The position numbers and the translations under genes are program-made. DNA of 60,153 nucleotides from an uncultured Bacilli bacterium (GTDB taxonomy: Bacteria > Bacillota_I > Bacilli_A > RF39 > UBA660): positions 1 through 60,153 of the forward strand of contig CANROW010000003.1 of assembly GCA_947632345.1 (NCBI GenBank), written 5' to 3'. Under the pieces are notes generated by a model. That model did no database searches, had not been told where the DNA came from, and saw only the letters and a program-made list of their open reading frames with translations. Each line of letters starts with the position of its first letter. The first letter of the stretch is position 1. This document shows, in pieces, positions 29,907-38,855 of the stretch.

Positions 29907-29920
29907 AAATAGGCTTTTTT
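29896..29920 (+). terminator. Intrinsic terminator after the LRR pair
   Basis: AAAAGCCTA-AAAA-TAGGCTTTTTT. Confidence 0.75.
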
Positions 29921-30074
29921 ATTGTAAAAATGTAATTCGTTCTAAATTATCTTTTAATTCCCAAGGATAATTATCTAGTTCTTAAACTAGAAACATAAAC
30001 CACTTCTATAACACTAATTCTCTCAATAATTACTAAGGTAATTAATAGTTCTATCAATGTAAATCAATCTCCTA

Positions 30075-30836
30075 CTATTTATCAATAACAATCTTATCTC
30101 TATCTAAATAAACTATAATATTTCTTTTCAGAAGATTATTTTTATTATTGATCTTTTCCTTGCCATCATAAATATAATATTGCGAAGAAACATCATATAA
30201 AGATGGATTACTAGAAACTAATAGATAGCTATCTTTTATTTCATTGAAACGCTTTTCAGATATGTCACCAGTTAAGTAAATAAAATTGTTACCTTCGCTA
30301 ACTCTAACCATTAAACCTTTATCTTCCATTGAAGCATCATTAATATATGGATAGATATCAATTTCCAAATCCCCAAAATTAATTTTTTCATCATTAGTCA
30401 ATGTTACATTAATCGCAAAATTATCTTGGAGAGTTTCCTCAAGTTGTGAAATATTGTCTGAAGTATATAAATAATCATTTAAATAGACATAACTGACCTG
30501 ATAATTTTCTAAAATAAAACTGGCATTCTCAATACATTTATCATCACGATTGGTCAATATTAAATAATCTATTTTCTGAATATTGTTGATCTGTAAAGAA
30601 TCTAATAATTCTAATAAATCCTCTTCAAGACCCGTATCTATTAAAACTACTAAATCATTCTTTTTAATTATTTCTATTTCTGAATTACCAAGATCATAAA
30701 AATAAATTTGTGTTGCCAGATCACGATCAATTGCCTTTTTATCCTCATTTTTATTTTGTAAGAATAAAGCTATTACCAAGATTAAAATTATCAAGATAAT
30801 GCCAAGTAAAAGGAAAAGTCTATTCTTCTTATTCAT
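30075..30836 (-). CDS. Membrane-anchored ComEC/Rec2-like metallo-beta-lactamase-fold protein, degenerate
   Basis: IYFYDLG, VLIDTG, IDYLILT, IYLTGD; the HxHxDH motif is replaced by NRDDKC. Confidence 0.65.
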   Translation of the reverse strand: MNKKNRLFLLLGIILIILILVIALFLQNKNEDKKAIDRDLATQIYFYDLGNSEIEIIKKNDLVVLIDTGLEEDLLELLDSLQINNIQKIDYLILTNRDDKCIENASFILENYQVSYVYLNDYLYTSDNISQLEETLQDNFAINVTLTNDEKINFGDLEIDIYPYINDASMEDKGLMVRVSEGNNFIYLTGDISEKRFNEIKDSYLLVSSNPSLYDVSSQYYIYDGKEKINNKNNLLKRNIIVYLDRDKIVIDK

Positions 30837-30906
30837 TCTATCACCTATTATAATATCATTATATCACGATTTAATATTTTATGTAAAAAGAACCGATGAT
30901 TCGGTT

Positions 30907-31605
30907 CTATGATTTGTTCTTTTTAGAAATAATATCTTTTGCTGATGCCGTAATCTTATTTAGTGCATTTAAAAATTTGTTATTATTAGATTCTTCTTTA
31001 TCATTTTCTTTGAGAACCGGTAAATTTTTAAAATTTAAACCAGCATTATTTTCTATCATTGTAAAATTTTTATCAATATAAAAAATCTCTTCTGGCTTTT
31101 TACAAGTTCCTTTTGTCACCCATTTTCCTCTATTGTTTTGAATTGATTTAGTACTACTACCAATACCACAAGTAAAATGGATATGATTAGCGTTCGCTGT
31201 TTCTTGACCTTCAAGACATATTTTTTCACCAGCTTTAATTATCTTCCCAACTTTAAGGCCAAATTTTGCGATATCACTATCTTCAAAATGCACGGCAGTC
31301 ATAAATATTTTCGTAGTTCCAAAAGCTGGTGTTTTGACTGGATTAACAGACTCTAAAAATATTTTATTTGATATATTTGGATTACCGATACCATTAAGAG
31401 CAGTTATCTTCATATCAACTGGCGCATATAGATAATCACGACCACCATCCATTCCCGCTATATCAATTGGATAATCTTTGTAATTGGTCTCTTTCCAATG
31501 ATCAATGTGATTTCCACTATTATAACTTTGAGTAATTCTTAAATAATGCATTGGAAACTTTGCATAGTCTTCATACCCTTTAGTAAAACTGAATGCCATT
31601 TTCAT
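30907..31605 (-). CDS. Putative M23-family (LytM-like) peptidase
   Basis: ITQ.Y...NH, YPIDIAG, LYAPVD, VH, G..IKAGE.I..EG, HIHF. Confidence 0.55.
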   Translation of the reverse strand: MKMAFSFTKGYEDYAKFPMHYLRITQSYNSGNHIDHWKETNYKDYPIDIAGMDGGRDYLYAPVDMKITALNGIGNPNISNKIFLESVNPVKTPAFGTTKIFMTAVHFEDSDIAKFGLKVGKIIKAGEKICLEGQETANANHIHFTCGIGSSTKSIQNNRGKWVTKGTCKKPEEIFYIDKNFTMIENNAGLNFKNLPVLKENDKEESNNNKFLNALNKITASAKDIISKKNKS

Positions 31606-31701
31606 TCCTCCTATCTCTTCTCTCTAATATATTATAAGGAGAAAAAGAAAAGGAGAAACTGCGAATATCATAAGAAAAAAAGCTATATTTATAGCTTAAA
31701 G

Positions 31702-31974
31702 TTATTTATTTTTTATTGTTTTCTTTAAAGTGTATCCCTGTTCTTCTAAAAAAGTTTTAGAGCCACTCAAGGCTGAATCAAAACCATTACCATTAACGTT
31801 TTTGGCACATTCCTGACGTTTCTTTTCCGCTTCTAGTTGACTTTCAAATTCATCTGACCTTCGCATTACGTTGTCAAAATATTCATAATCTAAATCTTCC
31901 TTTAAAACTTTACATTTTGAACAAGCCATCTTATTCTCTAATTGCTTTTCTTTTTTTAAAAATTCATTTTCCAT
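31702..31974 (-). CDS. Hypothetical protein
   Basis: 90-aa ORF with AAGGA RBS and its own terminator hairpin at 31675-31697. Confidence 0.55.
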   Translation of the reverse strand: MENEFLKKEKQLENKMACSKCKVLKEDLDYEYFDNVMRRSDEFESQLEAEKKRQECAKNVNGNGFDSALSGSKTFLEEQGYTLKKTIKNK

Positions 31975-32023
31975 CGCTAAATCATCCTTTCCTATTCAGT
32001 TATAATATTAAAAAATTATCTTT

Positions 32024-33784
32024 TTATTTTAATTTACCAATGTACATATCTTGAAATATACCAGGTTTTTCTATTAATTCGTCATATTTCCCATTTTGAA
32101 TGATCTGTCCATTATCAAATACTAATATAAAATCACAGTTTTTTAAAGTCGTTAATCGATGCGCAATTGATATAATCGATGTTTTATTTTCCCTTTGTAA
32201 TTGTTCTATCTGCTGTTGAATATATTTTTCGGAAGTATTATCTAAAGCACTAGTTGCTTCATCTAAAATAAGAATTTTAGGTTTCCTTAAAAATACTCGC
32301 GCAATTGCTATCCTTTGTCTTTGACCTCCAGATAAATTCGTTCCGCCTTCTGATAAAACAGTGTCATATCCATTTGGCAATGATTCTATAAAATCAGCAA
32401 GATAGGCTTTTTGAGCAGCTTGTTTTATTTCTTCATCCTTGACTTTTTTAGACATTCCATAACAAATGTTTTCTCTTATCGTACCTGCTATTAGAAATGG
32501 ATTTTGCGGAACTAAAGCCATTATGTCAGCAATATTTTTTCGCGATAAATTCTCTAGATTTTGACCATCAATAATAATATTACCTGCAGTATTTTTTTCT
32601 AATTTAGTCAATATTTTTATAAAGGAAGATTTACCACATCCCGAAGGACCAGCTATTCCTATATATTCTCCTTGTTTAATATCTATATTTAAATTTTTAA
32701 TAACTTGTTTTTTACTATTCTTATATGAAAAACTGACGTCTTCAACATGAATGATACTTTTTGATGAAACTACTTCAGCTTTATTTGTAGACTTTTTATA
32801 TGAGAAATCTTTTTCTAAATCAATTATCTTAAAATATTCTTTAGCCAAAATAGTTGATTCTGATAATTCATCAAAAATTCGATGCAATTCACGTAATGGT
32901 GTAGTTAGTTGCGTAAAACATAGATATGCTGTTAAAACAGTACCAACACTGATAACGCCCTCACCGGCTAAATAAGCAGACATACCAATTACTAAGACAG
33001 TAAAAAAAGCTTCATTAATAAACTTTAAGCAATCATAGAAAGCCATTGCTTTATGATGTTTCATTTCTTTTTCTCTTAACCATTCCGATCTATTAGTAAA
33101 TCGATCAACTTCTGCTTCAGCATTATTAGTGACTCTTATAACTTCCAAACCATTTATTAACTCAACCATTATCCCATCCATAGATGATTTCTCTTCCATT
33201 AATTCGACTCTGATACCTTTTTGCGTAGATATTTGTCTAAAAATAATGATAATCCCAATCGGAATCACAAATAACATTAAAAAAGATAAAAATAATGGCA
33301 ACTTAGAAAAAATGACAATTATGGCCGCAACACCACTGAATATAGCGGGAGCAAAATCCATAAATAATAACTTTAATAATTTTATCGTACCATCCAAACT
33401 TCTATTTAATTTGCCGTGAATATTTCCCGTCATATTTTCTTTAAAATAAGATAATGGCGCATGTAAAAGCGAACTGATTGCTTTTGAACGCGCATCTTTT
33501 TCACATCTAGTACACGTATCTTCAACAATAACTCTTCGCACTACTTTTATAATTTCATTTGTAACAGTTACCACTAATATGAACAATAGAAAGGGAACAA
33601 TTTTCATAAATGATAAATTTTCTTGTTGTAAAACATCATCTGTCAATTTACCAATTGATAAAGGCAATAACTGGCCTAAAAGAGCGGAGATCACCATTAT
33701 GATTATGATAATGATAAAATTAATCTTTTGTCTTTTATTTAACATTTGATAAATTCTTTTCACTAAATTTTGTTTTTTATTCAT
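32024..33784 (-). CDS. ABC transporter, fused permease/ATP-binding (ABCB-type exporter)
   Basis: Six TMs, GPSGCGKS, LSGGQRQR, ILDEATSALD, AHRL; start probably MNKKQ at 33784. Confidence 0.92.
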   Translation of the reverse strand: MNKKQNLVKRIYQMLNKRQKINFIIIIIIMVISALLGQLLPLSIGKLTDDVLQQENLSFMKIVPFLLFILVVTVTNEIIKVVRRVIVEDTCTRCEKDARSKAISSLLHAPLSYFKENMTGNIHGKLNRSLDGTIKLLKLLFMDFAPAIFSGVAAIIVIFSKLPLFLSFLMLFVIPIGIIIIFRQISTQKGIRVELMEEKSSMDGIMVELINGLEVIRVTNNAEAEVDRFTNRSEWLREKEMKHHKAMAFYDCLKFINEAFFTVLVIGMSAYLAGEGVISVGTVLTAYLCFTQLTTPLRELHRIFDELSESTILAKEYFKIIDLEKDFSYKKSTNKAEVVSSKSIIHVEDVSFSYKNSKKQVIKNLNIDIKQGEYIGIAGPSGCGKSSFIKILTKLEKNTAGNIIIDGQNLENLSRKNIADIMALVPQNPFLIAGTIRENICYGMSKKVKDEEIKQAAQKAYLADFIESLPNGYDTVLSEGGTNLSGGQRQRIAIARVFLRKPKILILDEATSALDNTSEKYIQQQIEQLQRENKTSIISIAHRLTTLKNCDFILVFDNGQIIQNGKYDELIEKPGIFQDMYIGKLK

Positions 33785-33951
33785 ACTAACACCATATTCT
33801 AAGTATTTTAAATTCTTAATTTTATTCCTATTCTTTACCATTAATAATACGTAAAAAATTCACCTAACAAAATGATGATATAGGTGAAGATGAAATATAT
33901 TAATATCACTATCTAGAGTAGATAATAACTTTTCCAATTATTGGATTTCAT

Positions 33952-34275
33952 TTATTTTTTTAACACTTTTTCTAAAAATATTTTACTTTCAAATGCTCCT
34001 CTTTTAGAACTTTTTTCTTCAGAAGTAGCTATTACTTCTTCTAACGTTGAATTTTCTAATTTTGCTAAATATTTAATAATTTCTAACATATCTGCCAATT
34101 CTTCAATTCGATCTTTACCAGTTGCATTTAAAACTTCTTGATATTCTTCATTTAACTTTTTTTCTAGTTCAACTTTATATTCTTCATCAGTTAAAATTCT
34201 AGTAATTGGTTCTTCGCCATTTGACTTAATTATTTCAGGTATCTTATCTCTTACCAATTTGTTATATATTTGCAT
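33952..34275 (-). CDS. MazG-like nucleoside triphosphate pyrophosphohydrolase (PRA-PH-like)
   Basis: YNKLVRDKIPEII...KLNEEYQE...EELADMLE...KRGAF. Confidence 0.85.
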   Translation of the reverse strand: MQIYNKLVRDKIPEIIKSNGEEPITRILTDEEYKVELEKKLNEEYQEVLNATGKDRIEELADMLEIIKYLAKLENSTLEEVIATSEEKSSKRGAFESKIFLEKVLKK

Positions 34276-34626
34276 CCTATTTTCACTCCTATTTCAATAA
34301 AAAACAAAAGCACCTAATTTCAACATTGGTCGATTTCAGACGCTATTCCCAATATGAGACTGCATTTGATTTATCAATCAAATGGATCATTTTTTTATTG
34401 GTTTCTTTGACATACTCATCGTATCATAAAGGTTATTTTTTTACAAGGAATTTTATCTTTTTAATCGGTAATCAATTTATATCCGAAAAGAAGAACTTAC
34501 AACAAAGTTTAAGCAATAGAAATAAAGTATTAATTAACAATAGTTTTCTATATAACATTTTTTTAATATATTGACAAAATCAACAAAAGCGTTAAAATAA
34601 ATGGTGCTTTGAAGGAGGGTTTTTAT

Positions 34627-35145
34627 ATGAGTGTAACTAAGACTGTAGAGCAAAAGGTCCTAGACAATAGAAAGGTAATTTTACAAACTTCCAGAGAAAT
34701 TTGGAATAATGGGTATGAAAATACTGAAAGCAAAATAATTTTACCGTATTTGACGGATGATGAGTTATTAGCAAGATATAGAAGAATTAAACCAATCGTA
34801 TCTATTGATAACGTTTATTATTATTTAAAAAGATATAATGTTAATATGATGAGAACCCAAGCTTATCTTTGGAATCTAAGCAAAGATATTAGAGCAAAAG
34901 TAGATATGACTGATGCCAAAACGATTGCTGAATTTCCATGTTATCATACTTATGGTTATGTTGGTTTCTTTAAACCATCTATAGCTGAAGTTCTTCAACA
35001 ATTTCCTGATGATGTCGTAGATGAAGCAAATGCTTTTTATATGACTAGTTCACCAGAAAATGCATATGATTTAAATATGCAAAAAGAAATAATAAATGCT
35101 GGATGTCATCAATCTACCGTAAAGGCATTAGTACTAAAAAGATAA
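34627..35145 (+). CDS. Hypothetical protein
   Basis: AAGGAGG RBS before the ATG at 34627; TTGACA-17-TAAAAT promoter at 34571. Confidence 0.75.
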   Translation: MSVTKTVEQKVLDNRKVILQTSREIWNNGYENTESKIILPYLTDDELLARYRRIKPIVSIDNVYYYLKRYNVNMMRTQAYLWNLSKDIRAKVDMTDAKTIAEFPCYHTYGYVGFFKPSIAEVLQQFPDDVVDEANAFYMTSSPENAYDLNMQKEIINAGCHQSTVKALVLKR

Positions 35146-35379
35146 CACTTTATAAGTACGTTGAATTATTAATAACAAATGATTTTTTAATCGACAAAAG
35201 AAAACTATTTTCACACGGATATTGGTCGACAACATGTAAGTGTGTTGTCTGAATTATCATAAATTTAGTATCAATTTTTATTGTATAAAGAACGTTTGTT
35301 TAATATAATCGTTTTGGGAATATTTAATTAGTTTAGGTACTATTCTCCTTTACTTTTTCAAGTGAAAGGAGGTGAAGTT

Positions 35380-35472
35380 ATGAAAAAAACAGAGAAATAT
35401 CTTTGTACTATCATAATACTCCTTATTATTGTGATTTTAATCATACTAATAAAAATAGTACCAACTGTATAA
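35380..35472 (+). CDS. Small hydrophobic peptide, putative type I toxin (30 aa)
   Basis: MKKTEKYLCTIIILLIIVILIILIKIVPTV; AAGGAGGTG RBS; TTGTAT-17-TATAAT promoter at 35281-35309; below the ORF-track cutoff. Confidence 0.7.
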   Translation: MKKTEKYLCTIIILLIIVILIILIKIVPTV

Positions 35473-35558
35473 GTCGGTACTAATCTTAAATTTTAGGAAT
35501 AGTACCTAACTCTGCAAAATTAGGTATTCCTCTTTTATTTTATGCAAGTTTCCTTGAC
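35450..35558 (-). ncRNA. Putative antisense antitoxin RNA
   Basis: Minus-strand promoter TTGCAA-17-TATTAT (35593-35565); terminator AGTACCGAC-loop-GTTGGTACT-ATTTTT overlapping the peptide 3' end; ends are approximate. Confidence 0.55.
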
Positions 35559-35667
35559 ACATTCATAATAACATAAAAAAGAATTTTTTGCAAATTCTCT
35601 ATATTAAAGTTCGAAAGATTCCGAACAAACTCATAACTGGTTCCCTTAATAAGGACGTACAACAGCT

Positions 35668-36351
35668 TTAATTATTACACATATCTATAAAATATTTAAA
35701 TATATTATTCATATTTTCATTAATTTTGTATAAACTTTCTGGATGAAATCTTACTCCCATATAGAACCTTTTATTTTTGGATTCAACTACATCGGCATAA
35801 CCATCTTCACAAATTGCTACTTTTTCTAAAAATGGCAAACTATCCACGGCTTTTTTATGCCTTGAATTTACTTTTATTTCTTTTTGCTTAACAATATTAT
35901 AAAATTTTGATGATGGATCAATATATATTTGATGAACATAATTTTCTGTTATTTGATTATGTTTTTCAGGATTAGAAATTTCATATGTTGTACCACCTAA
36001 CGCTCTAACAATGACATTTTGTCCACAGCATATACCTAAAGTTGGAATGTCATGATCATAACAATATTTTGCCACTATCATTTCATAGTTATCACACGCT
36101 CCTCCACCTTGAAATATAATTCCATCACATAGATTAATTTGTGTGATTAATGAATCATATTCTTCTTGTGAGAAATTGTTAACCCAATTATCTTCTACAT
36201 CTATTTTTTCATTTTTAGGTAACAAGATGCCAATCGCTACTGCTCCATTATCAAATATTGCTTGTTTTATTTCATCTCTTATATACATATCAGGTCTTAT
36301 AGAATCTTTCTTATAATGTTTTGAAACTATGCCTATTATAACTTTGCTCAT
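35668..36351 (-). CDS. Peptidase C26 / gamma-glutamyl-gamma-aminobutyrate hydrolase family (class I GATase)
   Basis: DGIIFQGG, PTLGICCGQN, VNSRH, GVRFHPE. Confidence 0.88.
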   Translation of the reverse strand: MSKVIIGIVSKHYKKDSIRPDMYIRDEIKQAIFDNGAVAIGILLPKNEKIDVEDNWVNNFSQEEYDSLITQINLCDGIIFQGGGACDNYEMIVAKYCYDHDIPTLGICCGQNVIVRALGGTTYEISNPEKHNQITENYVHQIYIDPSSKFYNIVKQKEIKVNSRHKKAVDSLPFLEKVAICEDGYADVVESKNKRFYMGVRFHPESLYKINENMNNIFKYFIDMCNN

Positions 36352-36480
36352 TTTTTGTAGCCACCTTATTTACATTACTAAAATACTATTGTGTATTTCT
36401 TCGTCAAAATGCATGTGAATTTTCTAAATTGATAAATATCAATTTAAACTATAAAAATTATAGCATACTTTAGAAAATTT

Positions 36481-36510
36481 AAAAACTCGAACCATAAAAG
36501 TCCGAGTTTT
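36481..36510 (-). terminator. Terminator after tRNA-Lys
   Basis: AAAACTCG...CGAGTTTT hairpin. Confidence 0.65.
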
Positions 36511-36519
36511 CTATCATTA

Positions 36520-36595
36520 TGGTGGGGCGTTAGGGATTCGAACCCTAGACCCACTGATTAAGAGTCAGTTGCTCTACCAACTGAGCTAACGCCCC
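36520..36595 (-). tRNA. tRNA-Lys (CTT)
   Basis: GGGGCGTTAGCTCAGTTGGTAGAGCA-ACTGA-CTCTTAA-TCAGT-...GGTTCGAATCC...CGCCCCACCA; CCA is encoded. Confidence 0.96.
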
Positions 36596-36696
36596 AATAA
36601 TTCAATCAATACATATGTAAATAATTGAACTATAATCAATTATAGCATATAATTCATATTTTTCAAGCAAAAATGAAAAAAAGATGCTAAAAGCAT

Positions 36697-36885
36697 CTAT
36701 TGGCAATAACCTTCTCCCACTTCTTCACCTTCAACGTATTCTTGACCAGCAATACCACATGAAGTTTTAGTAATACTATCTTTCAAATATCCACCAAACG
36801 TATTAATGATACCAATTATGATAACCGAAATTAAAGCAATTATTAAAACATATTCAACTAAGGCTTGACCCTTTTCATTTTTCAC
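36697..36885 (-). CDS. Flp/Tad family type IVb pilin
   Basis: KGQALVEYVLIIALI prepilin motif (G|xxxxEY) plus a hydrophobic helix. Confidence 0.85.
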   Translation of the reverse strand: MKNEKGQALVEYVLIIALISVIIIGIINTFGGYLKDSITKTSCGIAGQEYVEGEEVGEGYCQ

Positions 36886-37015
36886 TCAAAATCACCTTAC
36901 CCTTTTGATACTTTAATTTTATACTTAATGACCATTTTTGTCAATATGATATCAAGGACAAAACTCCTATTCAAACTTTTAAATTTATATGATATTATTA
37001 GTTTGGTGGTATTAT

Positions 37016-37324
37016 ATGATAGATAAAATAAATATCATAGAAGCAAAAACTTTTAAACAACGACTATTGGGATTAATGTTTAAAAAGAATATCGATTATG
37101 CTTTACTATTTAAAAGATGTAATAGTATTCATACCTTTTTTATGAAAGAAAAAATTGATGTGGTTATGACTGATAAGAATAATAAAGTTCTATACATAAA
37201 AAAAGGTTTAAATAAAAATAGAATTATACTTCCTAAATGGGGTGTTTATAATACATATGAATTTCCCAATAACTTTATTAAAGATTTAAAAATAAATGAC
37301 TATTTAAAAATCAGAGAAAAATAA
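37016..37324 (+). CDS. DUF192 family protein
   Basis: AKTFKQRLLGLMF...CNSIHTFFMKEKIDVV; start at MIDKI. Confidence 0.85.
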   Translation: MIDKINIIEAKTFKQRLLGLMFKKNIDYALLFKRCNSIHTFFMKEKIDVVMTDKNNKVLYIKKGLNKNRIILPKWGVYNTYEFPNNFIKDLKINDYLKIREK

Positions 37325-37338
37325 ATTTCTCTGATTTT
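37307..37338. terminator. Bidirectional terminator between the convergent DUF192 and uppP genes
   Basis: AAAATCAGAGAAA-loop-TTTCTCTGATTTT. Confidence 0.75.
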
Positions 37339-37340
37339 AT

Positions 37341-38150
37341 TTAGGCAAATAATACCCAACCAATAACTATTATACCAATAATTACACGATATATCATAAA
37401 TATTTTAAAGTCATTATTGCGCAAATATTTTAATAAGAAACTGATACATAATAATCCGGAAATAAAAGATATTAGTACTCCGACTATGAAAATAGATGCA
37501 TTCGCAACAATTAAATCAAAACCATTTTTGATGAGGAATAAACATACTGATCCACAAACAATAGGTGCTGATAAGTAAAAAGAAAATTTAGCAGCATCTT
37601 CTTTTGTTAACTTTAAACCACGCGCCGCAGCAATGGTGGTTCCACTTCTAGAAAATCCAGGAATGAGTGCAAATACTTGACTACATCCAATTAAAATGGC
37701 ATCTTTTAACGTCAATTTATCCAAGCTCTTTTTATTAGGCATCTTTTTATCAACGATATAAATTAATATTCCCATAAAGATGAGAGCAAGAGCAATTAAT
37801 ATGAATTGTTTACGGAAAAAGCTCTCAAAAACGTCTTCAAATAATGTCCCAACAATGGCGGCGGGAATGGTTGCTGCCACGATGTACCAAAGCAATCTTC
37901 CTTCATGTTCTTTTGTTCCTTTTGTAAATCCTGAAATTATCATCTTAATAAAATCTTTAAAGAAATAGATGCCTATGGCTAATAACGTTCCAAAATGTAG
38001 CGCAATATCAAAAGCTAGGGAAATATCTTCGGTTATTATCCCACTACCAATACCAAAGACATCTCTAAAAATTATTAAATGCGCTGACGAAGAAATAGGC
38101 AAAAATTCTGCTATTCCTTGAATTATTCCTAAAATTATAATTTCTAACAT
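37341..38150 (-). CDS. uppP: Undecaprenyl-diphosphate phosphatase (BacA)
   Basis: QGIAEFLPISSSAH, PGFSRSGTTI. Confidence 0.95.
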   Translation of the reverse strand: MLEIIILGIIQGIAEFLPISSSAHLIIFRDVFGIGSGIITEDISLAFDIALHFGTLLAIGIYFFKDFIKMIISGFTKGTKEHEGRLLWYIVAATIPAAIVGTLFEDVFESFFRKQFILIALALIFMGILIYIVDKKMPNKKSLDKLTLKDAILIGCSQVFALIPGFSRSGTTIAAARGLKLTKEDAAKFSFYLSAPIVCGSVCLFLIKNGFDLIVANASIFIVGVLISFISGLLCISFLLKYLRNNDFKIFMIYRVIIGIIVIGWVLFA

Positions 38151-38171
38151 ATCACACCTCTTTATTATTCT

Positions 38172-38855
38172 TTACTTCTTTATTTTACCATAAATTTTTG
38201 ATTTTTCATTAGGAATTTCACACACTCTCCTAATTTTGCGCAATTGTTTACGAGCAACCTTCTTAAAGGATTGATAATCTTCATAACAACTGAAATCAGA
38301 TTCTTGAACATCTATTAATGAATCAACAATTTGTGGTAAAGCTTCTGAATTTCTTAAATAAACTGGATGATATTTAATCAAATATCCAACTGTAACTAAA
38401 TAATATTTATTTAATTTTACACTTTCAATCTGACCACTATCTATTGCATCAAACATATCTAACAAATGTCTATTCATATCTTCAATTGATATCTTCAATC
38501 GATTAATTCCAAGATCACTTGATTCAAGAGCACAATACTGTGTTGAAATATCATATTTATATTCCGCGTCTCGACAATCATATTCACCTAGCCAATATCT
38601 AATTCTACGCATACTTAAAGTTTCTTCTATGTTATAGTTAACATTTATGTGTTCATCTATAATTCTTGACAAAATGCCATAGTATTTATAGGCGAAACAT
38701 ACATAAAAAGGATTAATAGTCGAATCAACGCCAATAATAAATTCACCAAATTTATCAGAATCATCGGCTACATCTAGTAGTTCAGTAAAACTCATAGTAG
38801 CTAACATCTTTTTAGATTTCAATCCATTTCTTATCTCACTTGCGCTTTGCTCCAT
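38172..38855 (-). CDS. Hypothetical protein
   Basis: 227-aa ORF overlapping the lon 3' end, GGGGG RBS. Confidence 0.7.
   Translation of the reverse strand: MEQSASEIRNGLKSKKMLATMSFTELLDVADDSDKFGEFIIGVDSTINPFYVCFAYKYYGILSRIIDEHINVNYNIEETLSMRRIRYWLGEYDCRDAEYKYDISTQYCALESSDLGINRLKISIEDMNRHLLDMFDAIDSGQIESVKLNKYYLVTVGYLIKYHPVYLRNSEALPQIVDSLIDVQESDFSCYEDYQSFKKVARKQLRKIRRVCEIPNEKSKIYGKIKK

Noticed and set aside
34326-34574. 82-aa plus-strand ORF
   Set aside because: TTG start without an RBS, overlaps promoter-like AT-rich sequence, no motifs
34325-35229. ATTGGTCGA occurring at about 34325 and 35221, flanking the orphan gene, as possible att sites
   Set aside because: Only 9 bp, does not match the tRNA-Lys 3' end, and no recombinase is present
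30907-36351. Prophage remnant
   Set aside because: No structural, terminase, integrase or replication phage genes are recognisable
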